Shown here in pieces: positions 1-8,417 of a stretch of DNA of 26,839 nt. The notes under the pieces were generated by a model that did no database searches, had not been told where the DNA came from, and was given only the letters and a program-made list of their open reading frames with translations. Every line of letters begins with the position of its first letter. The first letter of the stretch is position 1. The DNA lies in IMG/VR virus record IMGVR_UViG_3300016476_000872, positions 1 through 26,839 of that record, one strand, 5' to 3'. Source of the stretch: a virus. Lineage: Duplodnaviria; Caudoviricetes. A program made the translations under genes and the position numbers.

Positions 1-459
1 GACTGGACCGTCGGAACCCTGATGGTTTTAGATCAAGGAATCGCGTACATTCTTGACGTCAAAAAGGCTCGCGTAAAGGGCGAGAAGGTTGAGGCCCTCA
101 TTGCCCAAACGGCCGCAGAGGATGGCCATGGGGTCACCATCAGGATGGAGCAGGAGCCCGGTTCCTCAGGTAAGGCCCTAATCGACCAGTACGCAAGATA
201 CGTCTTGCCGGGCTACGACTTCATGGGCATCCGCTCTACGGGTGACAAAGTCACAAGGGCTCGACCCTTTGCTGCTGCTGTGGCGAATGGGAATGTTCGA
301 CTGGTTAGATCGGCGTGGTTGTCTGATTGGATGGATGAGTTTTCCTCATTCCCTGAAGCCTGTAATCACGATGATCAAGTTGACTCTGCCGTGGGGGCGT
401 TCACTCACCTGACCGGGTTGGGCTTGCCACAGCGGAAAAGAGCCTCTATCATCGTCTGA
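1..459 (+). CDS. terL: Terminase large subunit, C-terminal RNase H-like nuclease domain (5' truncated by window edge)
   Basis: Frame is open from base 1 (DWTVGTLMVL...). Motifs 'IRMEQEPGSSGK', 'GDKVTRARPFAAAVANGNV' and 'FPEACNHDDQVDS' are typical of the Terminase_6C C-terminus. Confidence 0.92.
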   Translation, partial: DWTVGTLMVLDQGIAYILDVKKARVKGEKVEALIAQTAAEDGHGVTIRMEQEPGSSGKALIDQYARYVLPGYDFMGIRSTGDKVTRARPFAAAVANGNVRLVRSAWLSDWMDEFSSFPEACNHDDQVDSAVGAFTHLTGLGLPQRKRASIIV

Positions 460-501
460 AGCATCCGCTACGCCTACTAGTAACTGCAAGGAGTACTTGC
501 T

Positions 502-1011
502 ATGTCAGATTCAGAGCCCGATTGGGTTTCAAAACTACGTTCCGCACTACTGGAACTTGACACATCCGTAACTCAGTTTCGCAGTGGTGAACCCCCCACT
601 GTTGATGAGGCCTGTGCTGCTCTTGTAGGCCTGAATCGAGCGAAGGCCGAACTGGCCATGATCTATGAAGGCCTTTCTCAGTTCGTTTCAGAGGTGATGG
701 ATCAAAACCCGGAAGTCATTTTGGCGGATGGTGCCAAGGTTGAAAAAAAGTGGGCAGCCAGTCGAACCGGATGGCGTCACAAAGATTTGGGCTCAGAGGT
801 TGCCAATCGCATTGTGGACATGTCCATCGACATGGATACTGGCGAAGTACTTGCAACCCCGAAGGAAATGATTCAGCAGGTTTTTGATTTCATTCAGCCG
901 TCCTACTGGCGGATCAAGGAACTCCAACGGATTGGCGTAAATGCTGATCTTTATTGTGAAGTTGGAGAAAGCAAGCCATCAATCATTGTTAGGAAGGGAA
1001 GTGCATCGTGA
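502..1011 (+). CDS. Hypothetical protein (N-terminal helical/coiled-coil), translationally coupled to the annealase
   Basis: 169-aa ORF with SD AAGGAG upstream; GTGA overlap with the next gene. Confidence 0.8.
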   Translation: MSDSEPDWVSKLRSALLELDTSVTQFRSGEPPTVDEACAALVGLNRAKAELAMIYEGLSQFVSEVMDQNPEVILADGAKVEKKWAASRTGWRHKDLGSEVANRIVDMSIDMDTGEVLATPKEMIQQVFDFIQPSYWRIKELQRIGVNADLYCEVGESKPSIIVRKGSAS

Positions 1012-1676
1012 GTACTAGTGACATCTACAACCTGCTTTCAGAACCGTTCCCCCGTGAAGTTGAGCGGTCACGTCGGAAGGGTGGGACAAACCTCACCTAC
1101 ATTCCCGTTTCGGAAGTCATTGCTCGAATGAATCGAGTCATTGGGATTGAAAACTGGTCTTCTGAAACTCTCGCCTGTTACAGGGATAACGCAAATCCAG
1201 ATTGGGTTATTGCGCATGTTCGCGTGACAGCAAACATTGACGGATCAACCGTTCATCGTGATGGTTGGGGTGGTCAGCAGATCAAGACAATGAAAACCGG
1301 CGACATTGTTGATCTCGGTGACGAGTTCAAGGGTGCAGAGTCTGACGCTTTCAAAAAGGCATGTCAGAAGTTTGGAGTCGGTTTGTATCTTGCTCGAACT
1401 GATGAGGCGCTAGGTGCCGAAGAGGCGCTTACTGCTCCCCCTGCTCCCCCTGAAGTTGACTCTGAAATCAAAAACGCTTTCACCCGGATCAAGGAGTTCA
1501 AGTCCGGTATGGACGATGCCTCAAAGGACGCCTTGGAGGAGTTCTGGACCACCTACAGCGGTGGGCGTCCGAAGCCGACCATGAAGACAGCGACAATCGA
1601 AGACCTTGAGGCGATTCTTGGCGAGTGCGTTCGTCTCACCATGGGTGGTGATTTCGTTGAAGGTGAACCCTCCTGA
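1008..1676 (+). CDS. Rad52/Rad22-family single-strand annealing protein (Sak-like)
   Basis: 'LSEPFP..E...R..GG..LTYI....VIARMNRVIG..NWS', 'RDGWG' and 'FKGAESDAFKKAC.KFGVGLYL' match the Rad52/Sak core. Confidence 0.9.
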   Translation: MSTSDIYNLLSEPFPREVERSRRKGGTNLTYIPVSEVIARMNRVIGIENWSSETLACYRDNANPDWVIAHVRVTANIDGSTVHRDGWGGQQIKTMKTGDIVDLGDEFKGAESDAFKKACQKFGVGLYLARTDEALGAEEALTAPPAPPEVDSEIKNAFTRIKEFKSGMDDASKDALEEFWTTYSGGRPKPTMKTATIEDLEAILGECVRLTMGGDFVEGEPS

Positions 1677-2463
1677 GCCACAACTTCCCGAAGTTGAGAG
1701 CGGCATTGAGCCACCTCCTTACCTGTCGCCGTCTTCGATTGCAACTTGGCAGCAGTGCCCCCTGAAGTTCAAGTACTCCCGCATTGACAAGATTGTTGAT
1801 CCACCGACCGAAGCAACGGTTTTAGGCAACTTCGTTCACGACGCATTGGAGATGCTTTTCCAGTGCGATCCCGAGAATCGAACATTGACCCACTGCAAGA
1901 CGATCCTCCGGCAACTTTGGGCCGACAAGTGGGAAGCGGAAGCCGCAGCCGTAACAAATGGCAACGCTCAAGCCATGCACGAAATGAGGTGGAAGGCGTG
2001 GTGGTGCTTAGAGAACTACTTTGCAATGGAGGATCCCACCGAGATCAGCCTTGATGGTATTGAGACCCTTGTGAACACTGACATTGACGGGGTCATGATG
2101 AAAGGTTTCATTGACCGCTGGTCATACAGGGAGGACGGAACGATCCTCATCGGTGATTACAAGACCGGTAAAACCCCTAAACCCTCATACGAGGGTGACA
2201 AGTTTCAACAGTTGTACATCTACGCCCATCTGCTTGGACAGATTGAGAAGGCTGAGGTTAGTGAAGTAGAACTGCTTTACCTCAAGGATGGGGTAAGGCT
2301 CAAGCGGGAAGTACTGCCCAACATATTGAAGGTTGTGGCCAAAGAGGTCTCAATGGTTCGTGAACAAGTTGAGGAATGCTGCGAGACCGGAGAGTTCCCT
2401 GCGATCAAACACACCCTATGTGGATGGTGTTCCTATAAACCCTTCTGTCCGGCTTGGGTATAA
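1657..2463 (+). CDS. PD-(D/E)XK exonuclease, RecB/AddB/Cas4-like, with 4-Cys Fe-S staple
   Basis: 'YLSPSSI..WQQCP', 'GNFVHDALE', 'GFIDR...DYKTG', 'QL.IY' and C-terminal 'CGWCSYKPFC'. Start is probably TTG 1657 or GTG 1663 rather than 1606. Confidence 0.9.
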   Translation: MKVNPPEPQLPEVESGIEPPPYLSPSSIATWQQCPLKFKYSRIDKIVDPPTEATVLGNFVHDALEMLFQCDPENRTLTHCKTILRQLWADKWEAEAAAVTNGNAQAMHEMRWKAWWCLENYFAMEDPTEISLDGIETLVNTDIDGVMMKGFIDRWSYREDGTILIGDYKTGKTPKPSYEGDKFQQLYIYAHLLGQIEKAEVSEVELLYLKDGVRLKREVLPNILKVVAKEVSMVREQVEECCETGEFPAIKHTLCGWCSYKPFCPAWV

Positions 2464-2508
2464 GATTCCAACCGTGTCTACGGACCTACTAAGGATCAAT
2501 CGTAAAAA

Positions 2509-3015
2509 ATGCTAGATGAAACTTTCGCACGGCTAGTTGCTGAAGAAGTGAAAAATCGAGTCACGGATGAGCAAAAAGAGTATTTGCGTCTTCCGGAAAA
2601 CTGGACTCGTTGGCAGCGAGCGCTAATCACTCTTGGAGAAAACCTGACCAATCAGTTGGAGGTTTTGTCCAAGCAGGAGGAACAAGACACCGAGCGGTAT
2701 AGGGAACTTGGCGAGGCTGGTCTGAAACTGCTTGCTGAATCCCTTGCCGAATACGAAACTCGGCGCAAGAAGATTTCACGGTTCAAGTTCCATGTGGACG
2801 CTCGTCTGGACGAAGTGACACGAATGATTGCGCTTGGGTCTGATGCCGTTGACGAGCGATTGAAGACTGTTGATTTTTTGCGGAAGTCAATCGAAAAGCA
2901 TCGTTCCCTTATGGACGAACTTGACGTAGAACCGACTCCGATTGATCGCGCCCTATGGGCGGCGTTAGATGGAAAATGGGAGTTTGGGGAGATCGTCTCG
3001 GTGGATCTCGAATAA
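2509..3015 (+). CDS. Hypothetical alpha-helical/coiled-coil protein
   Basis: 168-aa ORF, charged and helical; TAATG overlap with the next gene. Confidence 0.8.
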   Translation: MLDETFARLVAEEVKNRVTDEQKEYLRLPENWTRWQRALITLGENLTNQLEVLSKQEEQDTERYRELGEAGLKLLAESLAEYETRRKKISRFKFHVDARLDEVTRMIALGSDAVDERLKTVDFLRKSIEKHRSLMDELDVEPTPIDRALWAALDGKWEFGEIVSVDLE

Positions 3016-4079
3016 TGAAGGTCGGTCTCGCTAGTACAGATTGGTCTCAAACCATCACAGATGAGAATGGCCATCCCGTAATGGGTGGTGCTGGATGGGC
3101 ACGATTGGGTCAATACGTCAATCGGGTTGATGAGGTTGAGGTAGTCGGGATTCTCATTTTCCAAAACGGCATTTTCGGTGTTCGAGATTGGGACATGAAA
3201 ATGCACTGGGATTGCGACATCATCGTGATGCAACGAGTGATGTTTGAAGACGTTCCCGAGCGAATCAAGGAGGCTCAGGCAAACGGGCAAATCATCGTCA
3301 ACGATTTAGACGATTGGTACTGGGGGCTTTCAACCAGTAATGGCGCTTGGGCTGCGTCTCATCCGAAGAACAGTCCGGGTGAGAATGTCAATCACTACAA
3401 AAAAACCCTTTCTCGCTCCGACGTCGTTACGGTTTCTACGCCTTATCTCGCTGATCGGGTTAGTCGGTTTGTTCGCTGCCCAATCGAGGTCATCCCGAAC
3501 TTTGTGGATGTACACAAGTTCACTCCACGAGAACCCACCGACTCAGACGTGCCGACTGTGGGATGGGTTGGATCAACCGCTCACAGGTCTGGGGATTTGG
3601 AGATTTTGATCGGCGTGCTCAGCAGCATGCTTGATTCCGGAAAGATCCGCCTTCATCACTCAGGACATGTGGAGCAGCATAGGCCATTTGCCGAAATAGT
3701 TAGGGTTTCAACCGAAAGTGTCTCTACCCTACCGATGGCCGAACCATCAAAGTATCCAGACCTGTTCACTTTTGACATTGGATTGGTTCCGCTTTCTGAT
3801 GTTCCGTTCAATCGGGCAAAAAGTGCAATCAAGGGATTGGAATATGCGTCCGCCGGTGTTCCCTTCATAGCGTCGGACTTAGATGAGTACCGATCTTTGA
3901 ACAAAGCAGGTATTGGACGCATTGCAAAGAAGCCTCGCCATTGGATGAATCAGATTGAATCTTTGCGCGATCCGCTTGAGAGGCAAAAAGAGGCTTTGCT
4001 GGTCAGGGAGCGGGTGGACATGTTTGACATTCGACACGGCGCAAAGTTGTGGAGTGACTTCTACTCCTCCCTGACATGA
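3015..4079 (+). CDS. Glycosyltransferase, GT-B fold (GT4-like)
   Basis: 'DIIVMQR', 'NDLDD', 'DVVTVSTPYL', 'VIPNFVD', 'VGWVGS' and 'DIGLVPL...FNRAKSAIKGLEYASAGVPFIAS'. ATG 3015 overlaps the upstream TAA. Confidence 0.9.
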   Translation: MKVGLASTDWSQTITDENGHPVMGGAGWARLGQYVNRVDEVEVVGILIFQNGIFGVRDWDMKMHWDCDIIVMQRVMFEDVPERIKEAQANGQIIVNDLDDWYWGLSTSNGAWAASHPKNSPGENVNHYKKTLSRSDVVTVSTPYLADRVSRFVRCPIEVIPNFVDVHKFTPREPTDSDVPTVGWVGSTAHRSGDLEILIGVLSSMLDSGKIRLHHSGHVEQHRPFAEIVRVSTESVSTLPMAEPSKYPDLFTFDIGLVPLSDVPFNRAKSAIKGLEYASAGVPFIASDLDEYRSLNKAGIGRIAKKPRHWMNQIESLRDPLERQKEALLVRERVDMFDIRHGAKLWSDFYSSLT

Positions 4080-4381
4080 AGTACCGATCAGACAAGAAAG
4101 AGGCCGAGTACAGGCTTCGGCGCCCACTAGTGAAGCGCCTACTAGAGGAGCGGCCGTGGTGTGAGGCGTGTCCGGTATTTGCCAAACATGACGAAAAAGT
4201 CACTTACAGCAGAAACCCCGGTCATGACGTCCACGAAAAGGTTCGCCGCTCACAGGGTGGTTCGATTCTGGATGAATCCAACTTGCTCGTTGTTTGCCGA
4301 CCCTGCCATAGGCGAATCGGAAACTACCCACAGTTGGCATTTGATCTAGGACTGGCCGAGCCCGGATGGAGTCAGCCATGA
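4076..4381 (+). CDS. HNH endonuclease
   Basis: CxxC (CEAC), 'DVHEKVRRSQGG..LDESNL.VVCRPCH'. Confidence 0.88.
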   Translation: MKYRSDKKEAEYRLRRPLVKRLLEERPWCEACPVFAKHDEKVTYSRNPGHDVHEKVRRSQGGSILDESNLLVVCRPCHRRIGNYPQLAFDLGLAEPGWSQP

Positions 4382-4908
4382 CTGAACCAAATGTTGTCGG
4401 TTTAGATTTATCTCTCACCTCAACGGGTCTATGTGTAGACGGTCAGGCAATGACGATCAACACGTCCGTAAAAGGCGTAGAACGGTTGCGTTCTATTGCA
4501 CGAGAAGTGATGCTTCGTGTAATGCCATTACACAGTCCTGCTGTTTGCATAGAGGGCTACTCCTTCGGTTCTCGCAACTCGCAGGCCCATGCGATCGGTG
4601 AACTCGGGGGAGTTATTCGTTTGAATCTATGGGAACTGGATATCCCATATGTTGAGATACCTCCGACCTGTAGGGCAAAGTTTGCGACCGGCAAAGGCAA
4701 TGCCGCAAAGAATGAAGTTGTTTCAGCCATCTCTGCACGGACTGGCATTGTTTGGTCTGGCAAGGGTGCTGACGACATGTGCGACGCTTGGATCCTTGAA
4801 GAGATGGGGCGTTGTTATTTCGGTCTTGAACGATTCGACTGGCCCCAGATCAATCGCAGCGCTTTGGATAAGGTGGACTGGTCAACCTTTCACCGCTATT
4901 GTTCCTAG
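4378..4908 (+). CDS. RuvC-like Holliday junction resolvase
   Basis: 'VVGLDLSLTSTG', 'VCIEGYSFGS', 'FATGKGNAAK' and 'DDMCDA' give the acidic catalytic pattern. ATGA overlap at 4378-4381. Confidence 0.88.
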   Translation: MTEPNVVGLDLSLTSTGLCVDGQAMTINTSVKGVERLRSIAREVMLRVMPLHSPAVCIEGYSFGSRNSQAHAIGELGGVIRLNLWELDIPYVEIPPTCRAKFATGKGNAAKNEVVSAISARTGIVWSGKGADDMCDAWILEEMGRCYFGLERFDWPQINRSALDKVDWSTFHRYCS

Positions 4909-4935
4909 ATATTCCCCTACTACATCTGAGGTGAC

Positions 4936-5289
4936 ATGAACTACCGACGATCTGAACCCATCTCTCAGGTTGAGATTGAGTCCGAACTACTACGGCTTAC
5001 CGACATGCTTGAAGAGGAAACAGAAGCCTTTGAGCGTCTAGCGGAAGATGCCGCAAAAAAGGATGCTCAGCACAAGGCCAACTGGGCCAAGGAATACCTT
5101 TCGGCAAAGGGGTCAATCAAAGAACGCGAGGCGTGGGCTGACTACAAGTTGGCCGACATGTCGTACGACCACAAGATCGCTGAGGCTCTAATGAAAGCAA
5201 AACGCGAAAAACTTTCATCACTGCGTACAAGCATTGACGCCCTCCGGACCCTAAATGCAAATGTTCGAGCAATGGTTGGCCCATCATGA
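4936..5289 (+). CDS. Hypothetical coiled-coil protein (loosely UvsY-like recombination mediator)
   Basis: 117-aa all-helical ORF with SD GAGGTG. The UvsY resemblance rests only on size, helical pattern and context. Confidence 0.6.
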   Translation: MNYRRSEPISQVEIESELLRLTDMLEEETEAFERLAEDAAKKDAQHKANWAKEYLSAKGSIKEREAWADYKLADMSYDHKIAEALMKAKREKLSSLRTSIDALRTLNANVRAMVGPS

Positions 5290-6080
5290 AGCACAGCATC
5301 CACACTCAAATCGAGAGCCTTGCAGTCTCGCTGGACGAGATTGAACCATGGGAAGCCAATCCTCACGAGGGTGATGTTGAGGCAATCATGGCCTCTTACT
5401 CGCAGTTTGGACAGGTCAAGCCGATTGTTATCCACGCGGAAAAGAAGGGTTCAACCCCAACGATTATTGCTGGTAACCACTCCGCCGAAGCAGCCCGACG
5501 ACTTGGTTGGACCCACATTGCGGCTATCAACTTCAAGGGTACGCGCAGGGAGGCGATTGCATTTGCCTTAGCCGACAACCGGACAACTGAACTTGGGCGA
5601 AACGATCCCGTCCTACTTCATGAAACCATCGTTTCTGTTTCTGAAGAGTTCCCAGAGATGTTTGATGCTCTCGGCTGGGATGAGTTTCAAATGGCTGCGA
5701 TGGACGAGCAGGTGGACTACCTGAACGAGATCGGATCTTCGCCAAGTGGCTATGTCGCTCCCGTAATGATTACGCAACCCGGTGACCCGACGCCCATTAC
5801 TCAAACAGCATCCATTCCCTCGTTGAGCAAATCCGACACCAAGGAAGAAATAATCGCTCCTTCCTCAATCGACAGGCATGAAGCGATTACTCGGGGTTCA
5901 ACCTCGGTAGGTGCTGCGGGCGCAAAAGCAGTAGTGCAGTACATGCTTGTGTTTGACGATGCTGAACAGCAGCGTCGGTGGTACGACTTTCTGCGATGGC
6001 TGCGAAACGACGCAGGCACGGACGGAGACACAACCGCACAACGGTTGCTGTATTTCCTTGAATCACATGTGGAGTTCTAA
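5286..6080 (+). CDS. ParB/Sulfiredoxin N-terminal domain protein with acidic linker and small C-terminal domain
   Basis: 'IEPWEANPH', 'SYSQFGQVKPIVI', 'IIAGNH..EAARRLGW' and 'ALADNRTTELG' match the phage ParB-N type often found with DNA-modification enzymes. Confidence 0.88.
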   Translation: MKHSIHTQIESLAVSLDEIEPWEANPHEGDVEAIMASYSQFGQVKPIVIHAEKKGSTPTIIAGNHSAEAARRLGWTHIAAINFKGTRREAIAFALADNRTTELGRNDPVLLHETIVSVSEEFPEMFDALGWDEFQMAAMDEQVDYLNEIGSSPSGYVAPVMITQPGDPTPITQTASIPSLSKSDTKEEIIAPSSIDRHEAITRGSTSVGAAGAKAVVQYMLVFDDAEQQRRWYDFLRWLRNDAGTDGDTTAQRLLYFLESHVEF

Positions 6081-6349
6081 TGAGTGATCCAGAAAATATC
6101 CATGATGTAATCGAGATTTTGCGTACTGCCGACATCGCAACAATGTGGACTTACAGCCAACACATGGCCGGTGTGCTCAAAGAAGTTGAGCATGATCTTC
6201 ACACTCTAAGCAGCCTGATTTTTTTTACACAAAAAATCAACCTTACAAACATCGGTGATTCCCTCACCAAAGCAGAGATTGTTTCCGTAATGCCCGAAAA
6301 CGTAGTGCGTGATCTACTAGGAGTTCTTGCCCGTGACTACTGCCCCTGA
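6080..6349 (+). CDS. Hypothetical protein
   Basis: 89-aa ORF coupled by TAATG to the ParB gene. Confidence 0.65.
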   Translation: MSDPENIHDVIEILRTADIATMWTYSQHMAGVLKEVEHDLHTLSSLIFFTQKINLTNIGDSLTKAEIVSVMPENVVRDLLGVLARDYCP

Positions 6350-6635
6350 ATCAAGCGACTTTGACATCGTTTCAGCGCTTCGCGAGCGTGCCTGCCCAGC
6401 CGGACTGCCATGGACGGCAGAGGCTCCCGAGGAAGACCACGGTCACACCGATTGCTGGTTGCAACATCAAGCGGCGGATGAGATTGAACGACTGCGTAAC
6501 CTCATTATCACTTGGGCCGAAATAGACAACTCGCTAGATTACGTTTGGGATTTAGGTGATTGGGACGCTATCGGAGCGCTTGAGTCAGTTTTCAAAGAGG
6601 CCGGAGATGCACTTCGCAAGGCGGTCGGACGATGA
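6333..6635 (+). CDS. Hypothetical phage protein ('DIV..LR ... AADEIERLR' type)
   Basis: Common small phage-protein pattern. SD AGGAG at 6319-6323 fits GTG 6333 better than TTG 6327. ATGA overlap with the next gene. Confidence 0.7.
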   Translation: MTTAPESSDFDIVSALRERACPAGLPWTAEAPEEDHGHTDCWLQHQAADEIERLRNLIITWAEIDNSLDYVWDLGDWDAIGALESVFKEAGDALRKAVGR

Positions 6636-7795
6636 CCCGACAACGAATGTTCCTTGACACCTCATGTGTCGATGCAGCGCGTGAACGAATGCGACACGTC
6701 TACGACACGTTTGACACAGTTTGTGTTCAGTTCTCAGGTGGAAAGGACTCAACTGCCGTCCTCTACCTTGCCAAGGAGATCCACGAGGAACGTGGACTTG
6801 GGCCAGTGAAGGTGATCTTCCGTGACGAAGAGATGGTCAGTCCGGCCGTTGTCCGCTTCGTTGAAGAGGTTCGCAACTATGACTGGGTAGACATGGAGTG
6901 GTACTGCTTGCCGCAAGGGCAGGAGATTTGGGTTCTTGGCCGACGCGAGTATGTTCTGATGTGGTCGGGATTTCGCGCAGAGCAAGGACGGCTTGTTCGC
7001 GAAATGCCGCCTTGGGGAATCCGAGCAGAAAACTTTGGACTTTCTCCATACGAGTCGATACCCGAGTCAGTTGACTATTACACGATGCAGGGAAAGACTG
7101 GTCGGGTTGCTTTCATCACTGGCGTACGGGCCAACGAGTCAATGATTCGTTATCGGTCGTGTGTGCAGAAGTTGCATGAGAACTACATTGTCGTCCCATT
7201 CCGAATGAAAAAGTCTATTCCCTTGCGTTTCGCCAAGGTGATCTATGACTGGACAACGGATGACGTAATCAAGTTTGTGACCGAAGAGCACGGTGCAAAA
7301 CTTTGTGATTATTACGACCTTGCTGCAATCACTGGATCAAACACTCGTGTTGGGATTCCATTGCACGCAGTTGCGATTCGGCGGATTGGCGACGTCGTGG
7401 CGACCGAGCCAGAGTTCTACGACCGACTCTACGAATGCTTTCCGCAGATTGATGCTCAGCGTCGCTGGTATCCGGAGTTTGACGTTGAAGGGTTGATCAG
7501 CGGATACGCAGCGCTTGGATGGCCGGGCGTAACGATGTGCATTGAGCAGAACATGCTTACAGAAGGCATCAAGCGTCGGGCAATGGCGTTTGCTGCGGAG
7601 TTCCGAGCCAAGCACAAGAAAGATCCATTCTCGTACCCGATTGAATGGCTGGTGCGAAATCTCATTTTGAATGAGTTCAATGTCACATCAGTCAATCCGG
7701 TTGGTCCGAAAACGCGCGCTCACGCAGTACGAATGGCTGCTGCTCAAGCCGAAGCAGAAGCAAACTCCCTAGACCTACAGGATGATCTTCGATGA
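6632..7795 (+). CDS. PAPS-reductase-family PP-loop protein (IbrA/YbdN-like)
   Basis: PP-loop 'VQFSGGKDS', 'FRDEE', 'GVRANESMIR', 'IYDWTTDDV' and 'RVG', immediately followed by a ParB gene. Confidence 0.9.
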   Translation: MTRQRMFLDTSCVDAARERMRHVYDTFDTVCVQFSGGKDSTAVLYLAKEIHEERGLGPVKVIFRDEEMVSPAVVRFVEEVRNYDWVDMEWYCLPQGQEIWVLGRREYVLMWSGFRAEQGRLVREMPPWGIRAENFGLSPYESIPESVDYYTMQGKTGRVAFITGVRANESMIRYRSCVQKLHENYIVVPFRMKKSIPLRFAKVIYDWTTDDVIKFVTEEHGAKLCDYYDLAAITGSNTRVGIPLHAVAIRRIGDVVATEPEFYDRLYECFPQIDAQRRWYPEFDVEGLISGYAALGWPGVTMCIEQNMLTEGIKRRAMAFAAEFRAKHKKDPFSYPIEWLVRNLILNEFNVTSVNPVGPKTRAHAVRMAAAQAEAEANSLDLQDDLR

Positions 7796-8340
7796 ACATT
7801 GAACATGTCCCCGGCGGATCAATCGATCCGTCCCCTTGGCGCTGCACATACATCCTGAAGCCTGATCGTAAAGTGTTGATTGAGTCAATGCTTGCATATG
7901 GTTGGACTTCGCCCATTCTGGTCAACAGCAATGATGGTCTAATCATTGATGGACACGAACGATGGCTTATTGCTGGAGACGAGCCGACCATCCAAGAAAG
8001 GGATCGTGGGCTCGTTCCGGTTCTATGGGTTGATTGCGATGAGGTTGACGCCATGCTGATGCACGTTCGCCTCAATCGAGGGCGGGGGCATGTGCAGGCA
8101 AAGCCCCTATCTGACCTTTTGCGTCGGATTTTGCGCTCTGGAGGGTACGACCAGCAGTCGCTCATGAAGGCCCTGTCCATGACGCGCGATGAGGGCGAAC
8201 TTCTTTTTGACGGCGGCCTAGTCAAGACTCGCAAGATTGCGACTCATAAATACTCGCGAGCGTGGGTGCCAGTTGAGGCCCCTGCTGGCTCAGTGATTCC
8301 CTCCATGACAATCGAACGGCCTCCTAACGCCGACCGCTAG
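7792..8340 (+). CDS. ParB/Srx-like protein (IbrB/YbdM-like)
   Basis: 'LIESMLAYGWTSPILV', 'IIDGHERW' and 'VRLNRGRG'; ATGA-coupled to the PP-loop gene. Confidence 0.88.
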   Translation: MNIEHVPGGSIDPSPWRCTYILKPDRKVLIESMLAYGWTSPILVNSNDGLIIDGHERWLIAGDEPTIQERDRGLVPVLWVDCDEVDAMLMHVRLNRGRGHVQAKPLSDLLRRILRSGGYDQQSLMKALSMTRDEGELLFDGGLVKTRKIATHKYSRAWVPVEAPAGSVIPSMTIERPPNADR

Positions 8341-8371
8341 GAGAAGGCGTTAGAGGGATTTCACTAGTCCC

Positions 8372-8382
8372 TGTGGTACCGT
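8372..8382 (+). promoter_or_regulatory. Putative extended -10 promoter (TGTGgTACCGT) for the morphogenesis operon
   Basis: TG-n-TANNNT in the first sizeable intergenic gap after the DNA block, preceded by a small hairpin (AGGGATT/AGTCCCT, 8354-8372). Confidence 0.45.
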
Positions 8383-8417
8383 GATTCCAGACCAAGCGCG
8401 CCTTGGAGGATCCCGCT

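Noticed and set aside
1657-2463. CRISPR-Cas locus (cas4)
   Set aside because: No other cas genes and no repeat-spacer array were seen; the context is a recombination cassette.
2652-3290. 212-aa minus-strand ORF (also 7692-8234, 12873-13436 and other antisense ORFs)
   Set aside because: They lie entirely antisense to well-supported + strand genes, are Ser/Arg-rich and lack motifs; they are shadow ORFs.
4076-4381. Mobile homing endonuclease or intron
   Set aside because: It is a small stand-alone HNH coupled on both sides by ATGA overlaps, with no interrupted gene or intron structure evident.
6632-7795. Auxiliary metabolic gene cysH for sulfate assimilation
   Set aside because: It lacks the C-terminal ECGLH motif and the Fe-S cysteines, and is coupled to ParB like IbrA/YbdN.
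5286-8340. ParABS plasmid-prophage partition system
   Set aside because: No ParA ATPase and no parS-like repeats were seen; both ParB proteins are of the modification-associated or IbrB type.
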